From Takakia lepidozioides (taxonomy: Eukaryota > Plantae > Bryophyta): a DNA stretch of 64,000 nucleotides. The stretch spans positions 36,518,001-36,582,000 of the forward strand of contig CM060732.1 of assembly GCA_030704615.1 (NCBI GenBank), given 5' to 3'. The notes under the pieces were generated by a model. It did not search any database. It saw only the letters and a list, made by a program, of their open reading frames with translations, and was not told where the DNA came from. Positions 1-12,176 of this stretch are shown in pieces (positions within the stretch are counted from its first letter, which is position 1; each line of letters opens with the position of its first letter). The position numbers and the translations under genes are program-made.

Positions 1-1552
1 TGTGAACAAGGGTATTCTCCAAAGTAATATTTGACGCAATTCCAGCTTTGATGATGTCAGCATGGACATTTTTGCCCTTCTCCAGGGATCCTACACTGGC
101 ACATGCATTGAGAATGCAAATGAACGTGACCTGGTTGGCCATCACCCTTTCAAGTTTCATTTGTTCATAGGCCTCAAAAGCTTCCCTACCAAACCCACAC
201 TGAGCGTATCCCGTGATCATCGCACTCCAAGAGACCACATTTCTTTTTGGCATATTGTTGAACACTTGACACGCATCCTCCATGCTCCCACATTTGGCGT
301 ACATGTCAACAAGGGCAGTCTCCAGAACAATATCTGGCGTCATTCCAGCTTTGATGATGTGAGCATGGGCCTTTTTGCCCTTCTCCACCGCTCCTAGGCC
401 AGCACACACATTCACAATGCAAGTGAATGTGACCATGTCAGGGATCACCCCTTCGCATTGCATTTGCTCATAGATCTCAAGAGCCTCCCTCCCACACCCA
501 TGCTGAGCATATCCTGCGATCATCGAACTCCATGAGACCACATTACGTTTAACCATTTTGTTGAACACCTGGCGTGCATCCTTTATGCTCCCACATTTGG
601 CATACATGTCAATAAGGCTATTGTCCAAACTTATATGCGATCCAAGTCCAGCTTTGATTATCTCAGCATAGATCTCTTTGCCCTTTTCCAGGGCTCCTAG
701 TCTGGCACATGCATTGAGAATGCAAATGAATGTGACCCTGTTGGCCACCACCCATTCCTGCTGCATTTGCTTATAGATCTCGAAAGCCTCTATACCAAAC
801 CCATGCTGAGCGTATCCTGATATCATGGCATTCCATGTGACCACATTTCGTTGGGCCATGTTGTTGAAGACTTTGCGTGCATCCTGCATGCTACCACACT
901 TGGCATACATGTCGGCAAGGGCAGTCTCCAGAACAACATCTGGTGCAATCCCAGCTTTGATGATGTCAGCATGGACCAGTTCGCCCTTTTCCAGGGCTCC
1001 TACTCTGGCACATGCATTCAGAACACAAATGAAAGTGACCTTGTCAGGTGTTACCCCTTCCCGTTGCATATGCTTATAGATCTCAAAAGCCTCCCCACCA
1101 CTCCCATGCTTTGCATATCCTGCTAACATTATGGTCCATGTAAACAAAGTTCGATCAGGCATTTTGTCAAACACTTGGCGTGCATCGACCAGGCTCCCGC
1201 ACTTGGCATACATGTTAATAAGGGTGTTAAGTAAAGGGATGTTTGGCTTGACTCCACTTTGGATAATGCAGGCATGCACATGCTTTCCCTTTTCTAGGTC
1301 TTTCATCTTGATGCACCCCTGCAAGACACAGACATAGGTATTGGAGTCCACCCGAGTGCTGTGTTGGTTCAAAATGTGCAGAGCCTCTTTCAGTTGTCCT
1401 GCCTTGCAAAGTGCCATAACATCCCCACTAGTATCAGAAGACTTCTGGTTGACCCCCTCTCTTGGTCCTCTTTCAAAAGCAGTAGTGTTAATGGTGTGGT
1501 TTGAGTCTGTCCAACAAACATCTGTGCCTGCTTCAAACATGCCATCCTGCAT
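1..1552 (-). CDS. PLS-class pentatricopeptide repeat protein (probable organellar RNA-editing factor); C-terminus beyond left edge
   Basis: Manual minus-strand translation from ATG 1552 gives P-L-S motifs (TYVCVLQGC..KDLEKGKHVH, LLNTLINMYAKCGSLVDARQVFDKM, TWTIMLAGYAKHG, VTFICVLNAC). The same frame is read at positions 2-58 (DIIKAGIASNITLENTLVH). About 303-bp periodicity. Missing from the ORF track because it has no stop in the window. The true start may lie in an upstream exon. Confidence 0.93.
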   Translation of the reverse strand, partial: MQDGMFEAGTDVCWTDSNHTINTTAFERGPREGVNQKSSDTSGDVMALCKAGQLKEALHILNQHSTRVDSNTYVCVLQGCIKMKDLEKGKHVHACIIQSGVKPNIPLLNTLINMYAKCGSLVDARQVFDKMPDRTLFTWTIMLAGYAKHGSGGEAFEIYKHMQREGVTPDKVTFICVLNACARVGALEKGELVHADIIKAGIAPDVVLETALADMYAKCGSMQDARKVFNNMAQRNVVTWNAMISGYAQHGFGIEAFEIYKQMQQEWVVANRVTFICILNACARLGALEKGKEIYAEIIKAGLGSHISLDNSLIDMYAKCGSIKDARQVFNKMVKRNVVSWSSMIAGYAQHGCGREALEIYEQMQCEGVIPDMVTFTCIVNVCAGLGAVEKGKKAHAHIIKAGMTPDIVLETALVDMYAKCGSMEDACQVFNNMPKRNVVSWSAMITGYAQCGFGREAFEAYEQMKLERVMANQVTFICILNACASVGSLEKGKNVHADIIKAGIASNITLENTLVH

Positions 1553-3399
1553 GACGCCATATTACAAACCTTTCCACTCAAACTCAAGTAATATATGCAA
1601 CAACTCCTAGGAAGTTCAAAACAAGATGACATGCTTCTTGCTATATATTATCACAGCTAAACAACTTCTGCAGTAATCTAATTTGAGAAAAGACTGTACC
1701 AATTCTACCTGTTTGAGTTGAACACTTGAAATATCATCACAAAAATACCCGTTGTATTCTTGGCCTGGAGCTTTACTATGAGAATCGACATAGGGAATAC
1801 GAGCGAATGTTCTCGACCTTGTACCATGGTAGTTAGCCCTGAATTCACCAAGGGAGGGTTCAACCAACTCTCAATCCATAGGGCCTCCGTTTTGCACTTT
1901 TGTCTGCAGTCTGGTGATGTTGGACTTTTCTGTGAAAACCAACTGTATGAGCAGGCATAGCTTTAATCACAGTCTCACATAGACCAGGTGCAAATCACAC
2001 AGCTCCGCATACCAAAATTTTGACAATGAGCATCAATCCTCGTGGATTAACAATTGACTCATCGATCACCAAGAACTACTGCAGGAGGTGTTGACAGACA
2101 ACGATCTCAACTATCGTCAATCAAAGCAAGTGAAACCATGCTTGAATCTACACAATAAATCATGATACCAGCTTCAATTAAGAAAGGTCAAAGTTTCAGT
2201 ATGTTACTACGTCACAATGATTGGGTAACAATTCACCTTATGAGACGTGTTGTCCCACCACTGCAAAGGATCTGACATGAACACCTGCCAAATCCGTTCT
2301 GCACTTGTTGTCTGCCCTGCATGCAAACACAACTGAAGCACAGATATTTAGCAGCTCCTAATTGCCAAGTCTTAGTGAAGCATGCCAATGTAGGTTTCCT
2401 ATGTGATAAGCCTCTCTAATTTACCCCGCCCTTTCTCAAACAGGGTGTGGCTGTCAAATGCGACAGTGTGAGATGGGGGCTACAGCAGGAGTGCAATATC
2501 TTGCATTCCTTAGAATGATGTCTACACAGGACGCTGTATCAACACTCAATTTCGGGTGACCCAATCGTCTTTGTCAGTGCGAGATTTCGAGGGTCCGTCA
2601 TACCCAACATTCCCAGAAGATAGTACACTGGAAGTCTGACATAATCAGGGGAAAGTGACGCAGGTGATAGAAGGAGCAGAAGGGAGACGATTACAGTCAG
2701 CCCATAAAAGAACTTCGATGGATAGCTCCGCAGCATGCAATTTGAGACCAATGAACTTACGCAAAGAGTTGCAAGTCCATACCTTTCCTCAGTTTCTCTG
2801 GAGGCTGGGGAGGCGTCGTATCCATCACTAGTAAGGGACAAGAGGGACTAGAGCTATCTTTTGCCCAGGTGGATGCCCATTTCAGTTCCCCACACTGTCC
2901 ATTGCATGCTGTGAGGCCTCCTGCCCATTCACCGCAAGGAGAATACATGGCCGTGTAGCAGAAAGAAACCCACGGAGCTTCTAGAACAGATCAATGGAGA
3001 GCGTGGCCCATCAAATACATTTGCAACAAGCTAGGAATACACGGGAGCATGTACCTACTTCAGCACCGCCGTAAGAAATCTTAGTGCGTACCTACCAAGT
3101 TTCCATCTCTTGCTCAGTTTTTGGGCTCAACTCTTATCATATTTGGAACTTCTAAACGTAGCTGAAGTCTCCTTCCGATCGCTCTCCCTCCCTCGTTGTG
3201 CTTCTACAATGACCGGCTCTATCTCCTCTCGAGTCTCCTGGCCCTTCTACATAGTAGCAAAATGTTGTCCTGCTTGAATTTGCAACACGTCTATTGAACA
3301 GTAAGTACAATACATGTTCGTTCTGGAAACTATCATGTGTTGTCTGAAATTTTTCGCATCCCTTGATTAATAGTTGTTGTTTACTGAGGGCCCCACGCT

Positions 3400-3476
3400 G
3401 TCTCATGCTTTCTCTTGTCCAACCAATAAGCTGTTTGAGCTTTCCGCGGACGTTATAAAGTATCATTTCATTTCAG
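3400..3476 (+). repeat. Short retroposon 3'-end remnant with (CATTT)n tail, copy 1
   Basis: Core 'ataagct.tttgagctttccgcggacgt.taaag..catttcatttc' recurs at about 17300-17370 (+) and 17898-17981 (-). Confidence 0.7.
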
Positions 3477-3597
3477 TCCGTGTTGGTACCTGATCTTTCG
3501 GGATAGATATCCAGACAATCTTTCCTCACTCTGTCCAGTGTCTCGTGGATCAAGGGACAAGGAGGTTGTGGGTTTGCGAAAAAAGGGAAGCGCAGGA

Positions 3598-6500
3598 ATG
3601 GAGAGGGTAGCAGCTGTGCATGCTTCTGCTTCTGTCTTTGCCTGCCATCCCAGCAGCCGACCCGCCATTGCTGATACCCATTTTTGTTCTCTGGGATCGT
3701 TGAGTGTGCTCTCAGCAGGGGTTGCAACAGGCTCGAATTTGAAAAAAAATCTGCACAAAACCACACACATTAGGAAGAGTTGTCACCGCCCAGCGTGTGT
3801 AGAAGTAAGGGGTAAGCAAGCGACCGCCGCACCACCTTCAACAGCCGAGACTGTGGGAACCAGAGAACAGTATGATTGCGTGGTGGTTGGGGGCGGCATC
3901 TCTGGCCTCTGTACTGCTCAGGCACTTGCCACAAGGTATGCAAACCAACCACCAGACTTGTCAGCACCTACCGCCATCATCTGGCACAGCCAATTTGCAG
4001 TCTGTGAATGCAGAATCTGACCTTACTGACGGTTGCAAGAGCATCTGATTACGTGCACAATGCATTTTGGACAATGCAGTGTAGTACCAAATTTACATTT
4101 TTGCGAGCAAATTGCTTTGGTGATAGGAGAAGCTGCCAGTGATGACCGCAGACCCATTTATCTTGCAGGCATGGATCGGCAGTAAGCAATGTATTGGTCA
4201 CAGAAGCGAGGGACGGAGTGGGGGGTAACATTACGACTGTGGAGGGGAGCGGGTTCTTGTGGGAGGAGGGCCCCAACAGCTTTCAACCCAATGACTCAAT
4301 GCTGGCTATGGCGGTTGGTCTCTCTTTGCCCCGCCCCTCCACTATGCCTTTCCTCATCTTTGTACACCGAATCTCTACCACAGGCAGCTTCTTCACTTAC
4401 TGACATGAAGTGACTGTCTCCACAATGGAGTAAAATAGCAGTGACTGCCTCGTTTAACAGGCAAGACAGGTTGATGTGGCAGGTTGACAGTGGGCTGAAG
4501 GAGGAGCTGGTATTGGGTGACCCCGATGCCCCACGCTTTGTGCTCTGGGGCGGCCGGCTCCGACCAGTGCCTGCAGGTACAGTCAGATTGGCAAAGTGCA
4601 CTCTCTAATCCCCATAGTAGTTGAGTGTCATAAATAGAGTTTGATTTTGCAAAGTGAACTTGCAGATTAATCTCAACAGATACAAGTTTACACCTGCATC
4701 TCAATTCTGGGTCCACGTTCCGACACCATAGCTTGCAAAACACGGTCTGCGTCCCCTTTAAAGTGAGTGTAGGAGCTTGTCTTCTTACAACTGCTGCCAT
4801 GGTTGGAGGTCTTGCTCTGCATGTATGCGGTACTCAGGGCTCAAGCACTTCAGGAATTAGTACTATCAAGCTTGTAATAGGTTTTGGGGCTATTTTCAGT
4901 TCTTATGAAGCTTCCTTTTGAAAAATTTGCATGCAGGACCAGCGGACCTCCCCTTTTTTGATCTTCTAAGTATATTCGGAAAGCTTCGAGCAGGGTTTGG
5001 TGCCTTGGGACTGAAGCCCGCTGCTCCGGTATGCAGTCCATGGATTTGGTTGGGGTTGGCAACATGTGGACAGATTTGTTTTGCTGCACCTAAGAAAATA
5101 CATTGTGCATGTTCTAGGAATGTCGTAACAGACTCTTCTTCCAGAATGGACTCCTCTGGCATGGATGTTATGTGTCCTCAAGGTACACGTAAAATGTTCT
5201 CAGAGCAGGCCATACATGAAGATGGTCCAAATGACCATTCGGTGTGAACAATGTTTACTAGGCTCCACATTGATATGTGTTTACTGCAGTCTTGCAATCA
5301 TAATTGGTGATGTTAGGTTGGTGGTGTTAGGGTAAACCATTATAAATGTGCTCATAAGACATTGTTTGCTGCAGCCTAGTGGCCATAGATCCCGCATCCG
5401 GTTTGGGCGGAACAGACACTACCTTAGAGGGGAAACAATCATAGAGTGGGAGAGTCTATTTCGAGGTCAGGCATAGCAGGTGCTCTCCCATATGTCTAAT
5501 GTTTTACATTCCGGCCTCAATGTTCCGAGTCTTCTTGAGGTCATGAGTTTTTGCTGTGGCATTTGCACTTCTCTGATGAAGTGAGTGCAGGGGCGCGAGG
5601 AATCAGTGGAGGAGTTTGTCCGGCGCAATTTGGGGGCTGAGGTGTTTGAACGCTTAATTGAGCCCTTCTGTTCTGGTGAGATATTTGCTCGTGTCTTCCC
5701 TCCCCTCCTTTCCCTCTGCCTTTCCTCAGCCACATACACACCCTAGTACTGGAAGCTTTTCAAGCGACATGCCCTTGGACAAAAAGCAGCAGAACATAGA
5801 TGTGCATGGGCTTCCACAGGACTCATGCTATCCAGCAGTTAGTGGTCTCATTGCATGATTAAGGGGACTATCTTTCAATCTTAAGGCGATACTGTTTCCC
5901 TGCTATGTTTGTGCAGGGGTGTATGCTGGGGACCCCTCAAAGTTGAGCATGAAAGCTGCATTTGGTAAAGTCTGGCGACTCGAGGATATTGGTGGCAGCA
6001 TCATAGGTGGCACAATTAAGCTCCTTCAGGAAAAGAAGAAAAATCCACCTCCCCCTCGTGATCCGTAAAGGCCTTACCAATCATTTACCAGAAAATCCTC
6101 TCTGTTTCACTGTCATAAAGTCTCCTGTTGTTTTTTCTCTAAATCCATCATCCTCCCATGCAAAAAAAATGACTTATCAGCTCAGTTACCACTCCCGCCG
6201 CTATTGATGGCTGCAAGTTTTGGGCTTTCTTGGTGGGGGAAAACTCTGGAACCCCTACAAGAATCTTTTCCTTCAGGAAATGCCTGGGCTACGGGTCCCA
6301 CACCATCTCAGATTTTACGCTGAAGTTGCTTGCGTACCCACTTGAACATGAAGACAAGGCTGTGATCTCTCTCCCCCAAATGGCTGCCAGTCCATGCCCT
6401 TTATGAGAATCAAAACAGCTGGTTTCAAGACCTGTTGGTATGCTTGGGTCTGGAATTTCTTGAGCGACACGGCCTATCTGTTGCTCCCTCCACCACAAAA

Positions 6501-9500
6501 TACAGAAGGTCTGGAAGTTTCTTCCAAATACGACCGGAAAAAACTTATTAGATAGGAGCTGATGGAACTTCATGTTAGGTGGACCTGGAAAGCAGAGAAC
6601 CTGCAGTTCTATCACGACAACTTCCTGGTCCTCGTCAATGATAGATCTTACAGCCCAATTACTTGTTTAGCAAACTCTATGTCATCTCTATTGGGAAGGT
6701 TCAGGGTTGGGCTCACACAGCCTGCAGATAGAGTCTGGTAGATGGGACAACCTGGAGCTTGCTCACCACTTGTGCCTGGCTTGCGCTAGAGATAACAGAT
6801 GGAGATTGAGACTGAAGAAGGTTTCTTCTTTCACTATCCTCTCACGATCTGTTCAAGGTCGGTACTATTGCCCACTCTGGGACAGCCAATCCTTTCTGAG
6901 GTCAAGATTATGAGGATCAGAAATGCTTGGAAGCATATCTGCAAGAGGCTTTGCATCTTAGAGACTCTCTTGATGATTAGTTGTTTTTGGGCTGCTTGTT
7001 AAGGGCCCCACTTTCTTTTCTTGGAGAACTTCTTTTGGTTCTGGACTGTTTGGGGCACATGTGACGATGTCCAAGTGGAACCTCTAAGGTTGCCTCTTCT
7101 CCTGGTTAGGCCATTGAGTGGAGGTCAATTGGCCTCACACAAGACAATTCCCTGACATTGGAGGACTGACTAACAACTCATCCTAGCCACTCTTCAGAAG
7201 ATGTGAGAGCTGCTTCAGAGACGTGAGGGTGTCATGATAAAGTAATACATGCCTGAAGTGTCGAGAAATGTATGGAGCAACTTAGTGCTACAAGAAGCAT
7301 GAAAGGGTGGCTGATCTTTTCTCCCAGCTTACTTGACAACAACAACACTGATTCTTTTGAATGGTCGGACAGGCGATTGCCGAAGCCAAAGGGTCAGACT
7401 GTGGGGTCATTTCGCAAGGGATTGGTCACTCTTCCCAATGCTATTGCAGCCAAGTAAATCCTATACTCCTGCCTCTTGAGTTTATATGTCTCTCTTCTTG
7501 TCAGCTCTATTCATGCTTGTGGAGATAGGTTGCTGGGATAACACATGACAAATGTACTCTTACTTTCGGCTTGGCGGATACAAAATTAGACTTCTGAGGA
7601 GTGGCCTCACATCATGCTTTGCAGTAAGAGTGCCTTTATGTGTCCCACATTTACTTGGCACCTCGCTCATGACTGGGAATCTCCAGAGTATGTTGCTGAA
7701 TTCACTGCAAGATCTGGGTCTCAGGGAACCCTCCCACACAGCAGCTCCTGTTTAGAATTAAAATTGATGTGAGCTTAAACTTCTCTGGTCTCCAAGATCA
7801 AAGGGATTGATTCTTTCAACATTTGTATGCAGCATGGGAGACAAGGTGAGGGTCAACTGGAAGCTTACACTAATCCAGAAGGCTGCAGACGGTGGCTACA
7901 CACTGACTTATGAGACACCAGAAGGGACTAAGTTAGTAGAGGCCAGGGCAGTAGTCCTGACAGTCCCTTCCTATGTTGCCAGTGACATACTGCGCCCTCT
8001 TTCTGTAAGAAGTCTGTCCTGTCTACTTCGCTCCTTGGGTCCAAATCTGGGGTTTAATGTTTGCATTGATCAATGCTATGTATTTTCCTTTCATTGCTGA
8101 AGCTGGCTGTCACAGATGGTGATCCTGCAATCAGAATCGTACGCTTTCTGTTCCCAGTCTCTTGCATTTGTAGTGTTGCTCCCACTGTTTGTTGGCCTCC
8201 CACTTCCTCAACCGGTAGGTATCATGTTTCGCAAACAGTAAATGTGTAGCACCGTCAAGCTTACAGGTCGTCTCTGACTTCAGCTCTTTCTGTGGGTGCA
8301 AGAACAGCAAGGGGTAGCAGATGCGCTATCACAATTTTATTATCCTCCAGTGGCAGCTGTGACCATCTCTTATCCCCTGTTGGGGATTCGAGAAGACCGG
8401 CTGGTTGATGGGAAGTTGAAAGGCTTTGGGCAGCTTCATCCTCGCAGTCAAGGCGTCCAGACCTTAGGTATGGCTGCACCCCCTTCACCTATCTATGCAA
8501 GTGGGAAAGTGAGTGTGCACTGCTTTGCTGACTTGAAGACCCTCAATATAGGCCTGAAGCTGTAGGTGGTTAGCTGAGTCTGAGACTAGACAGTCCATGC
8601 GATATATTTAATGTAGTAAACAAATCGATCTATGTAGTCTCACCCTGTATTTTTGGTTATCCGATGTGGCAGGAACCATCTATAGTTCTTCCCTGTTCCC
8701 AAACAGGGCACCTGAAGATCGAGTGCTGTTGCTGAACTACGTAGGGGGTGCTCAATTCCCTGAGATCACCACTAAGGTGATGTGTATTTCTGAATCTTGA
8801 ATTTCCACCACTTGGCCAATGATGTTGAAATGGAGAACGTAACAAAAATCACTAAATCCGATGTTCTCTCAGTGAAGCATTAAATAGCCATCAACAACTC
8901 ATCTCACAAGAGAGCACTGGTAGATCAGATTGTACTCATAAGACGTTGTTTGCCGTAGCCTTGTGGCCATTGACCCCGCGCCCAGTTTGAGCGGGAACAA
9001 AAGGGACAGAACCTACCTCTGTCAGGGGCTGACGTTGGTAGTAAGACTTACCTCCATATAAAGAATTAATCTGGGTTTTCCAGATATCCTCTAGAAATCC
9101 CTTCACACAAGCATCAATCTGCTGTGTGTGATTTGCCCAAAAACTAGGCCTCAGGAGGGCCTGGGCTTTTGGCTCAGCCTCGAGACTTTCAAAGTTGGTA
9201 AACAGGGGTACAGGCACAATTCCCTTAATAGATTTGAAGAGAGCGTCTCTTTGGTGAGAGAACCCCGGACAGTGTATCAGAAAATGAATACTGTCTTCAG
9301 ATTGCCCACACAACGGGCAATTGCACTCTCCCTTTCCTCTCTGCTTCTGTTTGCTGTTCAAAGGTAGGCTTCCTGCCCTGAGCCAAAGATCAAAGTATCT
9401 CTTCGCGCAATCAATCAACTCCTGGAGATTGGTTGGAGTCTCCCCTATGCCTGCGAAGTCATCCGCAAACATAAGGGCTGGTATGGTGGTATCACCCACC

Positions 9501-11360
9501 CTTAACCCAAATCCCTCACTTTCCACATCCTCGAGGAGTTGATTGATGAAAACATTGAAGAGCAGAGGGGAGAGAGTACATCCTTGAGCTACACCTTGGT
9601 CTATGTCAAAGAAGTTGGACTTCTGTCCGTTAACAGTGACACAGCTTTTGGTGTGAGCATACAAGTTGTGGACAACTCTCCACATCTTTCCCTTGATCCC
9701 ACAAGACCAGAGGCGGAACCATAGGCCATCCCTCCACACTGTGTCATAAGCCTTTTTGACATCCAGGAAAAAGACATAAGTGGGTTTCCCTTCTTTTTTC
9801 CTTCCCTGGATAATCTGGCTTAGAGTGAAGATATGATCCACACAGCCCCTGTTTCGCCGAAAGCCAGCTTGGCCTTCGTGGAAACAACCTCTGGACTCCA
9901 GATCAACCTCGAGACGAGTACTTATAACTCTGCAGAATGTCTTGCCAACAGCATTGAGGAGCGTGATGCCACGGTAGTTCCCCGGTTCTTCTCTGTCACC
10001 CTTCTTGTATAGATTGACAATGACCCCCTGTCGCCAGCGAAAGGGGATCATTTCAGTCTTCCAGATAAGGTTAAAGAGGAGAACTAGGGCCTCTATCATG
10101 GGATCGCCACCGTGCTTGATAAGCTCGTTGACAATACCATCAGGTCCACCAGCTTTATATCCATTTAAATGTTCAATTGCTTCCACAATCTCAGAAGAAC
10201 TAATGGGAGCATTATAAGCCATTGAAATATACTCCAGTTCATCAGGGCTGTTTTGAATCATAGGAACAGTTTTTCCAACTGTGTCCCTCCATTCAGCAGA
10301 AGACCCCTCACTGTTAGACCTAGAAGTTCTGCCAAGGATACTGTAGCGAGTTTCAAAGGTTTTGACAATGTCAACCGATGAAGTCACCACTGCACCTTTA
10401 GTAGTCTTCAGCGCTTGTACTTGCTGACCGTTTTTCGGTTTGTACAAACGTTGAAGGGCCAACCAGAATTTCTTGTCATTACCACCATGGTGGTTTGAGT
10501 TTATTTCACTGTATAACTTGTCCCAGTATAATTTCTTCTGAGACCTAACAAGCTGATTGATATCTTTACGGAGCTGGTAGTACCTCGCCCACAATTCTCT
10601 GTTGGTTTCCAAATTGCAGCACTCTTTATAGAGGGCTCGTCTCTCAGCTATCTTGAGTTTAATCTCATTAGTCCACCAATTAACTGCTCTACCGCAGACA
10701 ATTAGTTTCCTCCCAATGATCTTTTCAGCCACGGAGGAAACAAAACTCTCCCAAGAGTCCACTGCTCTTTCGACTTCATTTCTTGCGTTAACAGAGCGTG
10801 ACTGAAGTTCTTGGAGCGATTGGACAAAATGAGGGAGAGCCTCTTGCAAGGCCTGGACGTACTCAGCCTTGACCTCCTCATTGTGGAATTTTTCTATGTG
10901 CCACTTCCGAATCGAACGTTTCACAGATCTCTTGGTGGTGGGAAAACACCTTTTGATCTCAGTCCAAACCAGGAAGTGGTCAGAATGCAACTATGACAAT
11001 CCTATAGCTGTGTACAGTAGAGAGCTACAGGCTTGACATATTGCTGGGGTCATTCTGCAGACGGAGGACGAGATTGTGAGCATTGTTGACAAGGATGTGC
11101 GCACTATGCTGGTGAAGCCTGATGCCGGTCCTCCGCAAGTGCACGGTGTCCGTGTGTGGCCCCGTGCTATCCCCCAATTTACTATTGGCCATCTTGACCT
11201 CTTGGAAGCTGCCAAGAAAGGTCTCCAAGACGCAGGGCTGGAGGGAGTGTTTCTTGGAGGCAACTATGTGGCAGGAGTAGCACTAGGTCGCTGTGTCGAG
11301 GGTGCATATGAAAGTGCACAGGTGATATCAGAGTATGTTACCAGAGTATCAGTATCATGA
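3598..11360 (+). CDS. PPOX1: Protoporphyrinogen IX oxidase 1, plastid (HemY family), 11 exons
   Basis: Approximate exons: 3598-3935, 4169-4313, 4483-4576, 4937-5028, 5591-5675, 5917-6064, 7373-7453, 7833-8004, 8308-8468, 8673-8776, 11061-11360, with GT-AG introns. Motifs: [12 protein letters not shown] (FAD), [70 protein letters not shown]. Confidence 0.96.
5351..5480 (-). mobile_element. Diverged 3'-terminal fragment of the RTE/RTEX-like LINE in PPOX intron 4
   Basis: 'ctcataagacattgtttgctgcagcctagtggccatagatcccgcatccggtttgggcggaaca' aligns with the LINE end at 8935-9000 ('ctcataagacgttgtttgccgtagccttgtggccattgaccccgcgcccagtttgagcgggaaca'). Confidence 0.75.
8935..10984 (-). mobile_element. 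5'-truncated, internally deleted non-LTR retrotransposon (RTE/RTEX-like LINE ORF2), antisense in the last PPOX intron
   Basis: 684-aa ORF with the end of the APE domain (SDH), RT motifs ([39 protein letters not shown]) and a C-terminal [14 protein letters not shown] zinc finger. Near-identical to segments at 19060-19783 and 37176-37970. Confidence 0.95.
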
Positions 11361-11422
11361 ACTTGGGGATGCATCAGTTTCCATAGGCTTTTTATAACTG
11401 TGGGATTGCTTCCATCGATTTC

Positions 11423-12176
11423 TCTCGAAACAAAGAAGATAGGCTACTTCTTTGATGTCGCTTCTGGTGCCTGTAGTGAACCTCTTTGATCCCAATGTCG
11501 TTGACAACTGAGAGTATCCCTGTCTCACATACTGTTGCATGCACACAACATATCGCACAATCAAATCATAGGATGTGATCTCTTCATTTGAGATTTGCAC
11601 CTCTGGTTGTAGAAAAGTGTGGACCTCAACTGCATTCTCAGATGTGACGGGTCTTGAGCGTTGCAGGCTTGAGGTGAAGGCCACTTCCTACTAAAACCCT
11701 CTGTCCCCCACCCCCTAACACCTTATATCTTCAATCCAAGATGATTTCATCTCTGGCTTGAGGTAATCACTAATCACCCCTGAGTGCATGTTGCCAAGTT
11801 CACAGTGTGTATTCGTTACTTCTTATGTCAATTACAAGCGAGGAAAGAAATTTACAGCCACCAGGAGGAAACAAGAAAAGAAGTGAGTGCACAAGAAAGT
11901 GGGCCCCTGAACTAGCAATCTTCAATATCAATGGATTCTCTAAGGTGGAATCCTCTGTCCGACCATGCACCGAGACATCTGTGAATCCCATTCCGATTAC
12001 CAAATCTCTCCACATCACAAGTACCATATGTAGACCTTCCACAAATGACAAATTGGTGTTCATCAGTGCAGACAGGGATGCTCTCAGTTGTCAACGACAT
12101 TGGGATCAATAGGGTTCACTACAGGCACCAGAAGCGACATCAAAGAAGTAGTCTACTTATCTTCTTTGTTTCGAGA
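11423..12176. repeat. Inverted repeat, about 105-bp arms (11423-11525 and 12070-12176) around a 545-bp spacer
   Basis: Left arm 'tctcgaaacaaagaagata...ctacttctttgatgtcgcttctggtgcctgtagtgaacc...gacaactgagagtatccctgtct' is the near-perfect reverse complement of the right arm. Confidence 0.9.

Noticed and set aside
62-1610. Several + strand ORFs with repeated motifs
   Set aside because: They are antisense shadows of the minus-strand PPR repeats.
1616-2948. ORFs 1616-1867 and 2757-2948 as 5' exons of the PPR gene
   Set aside because: Plausible donors exist and one ORF is in the PPR frame, but I could not build a consistent stop-free splice path.
6200-7250. Possible decayed L1 C-terminal fragment in PPOX intron 6
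   Set aside because: Only a weak H..C-type hint (HHLCLAC); no convincing motif series.
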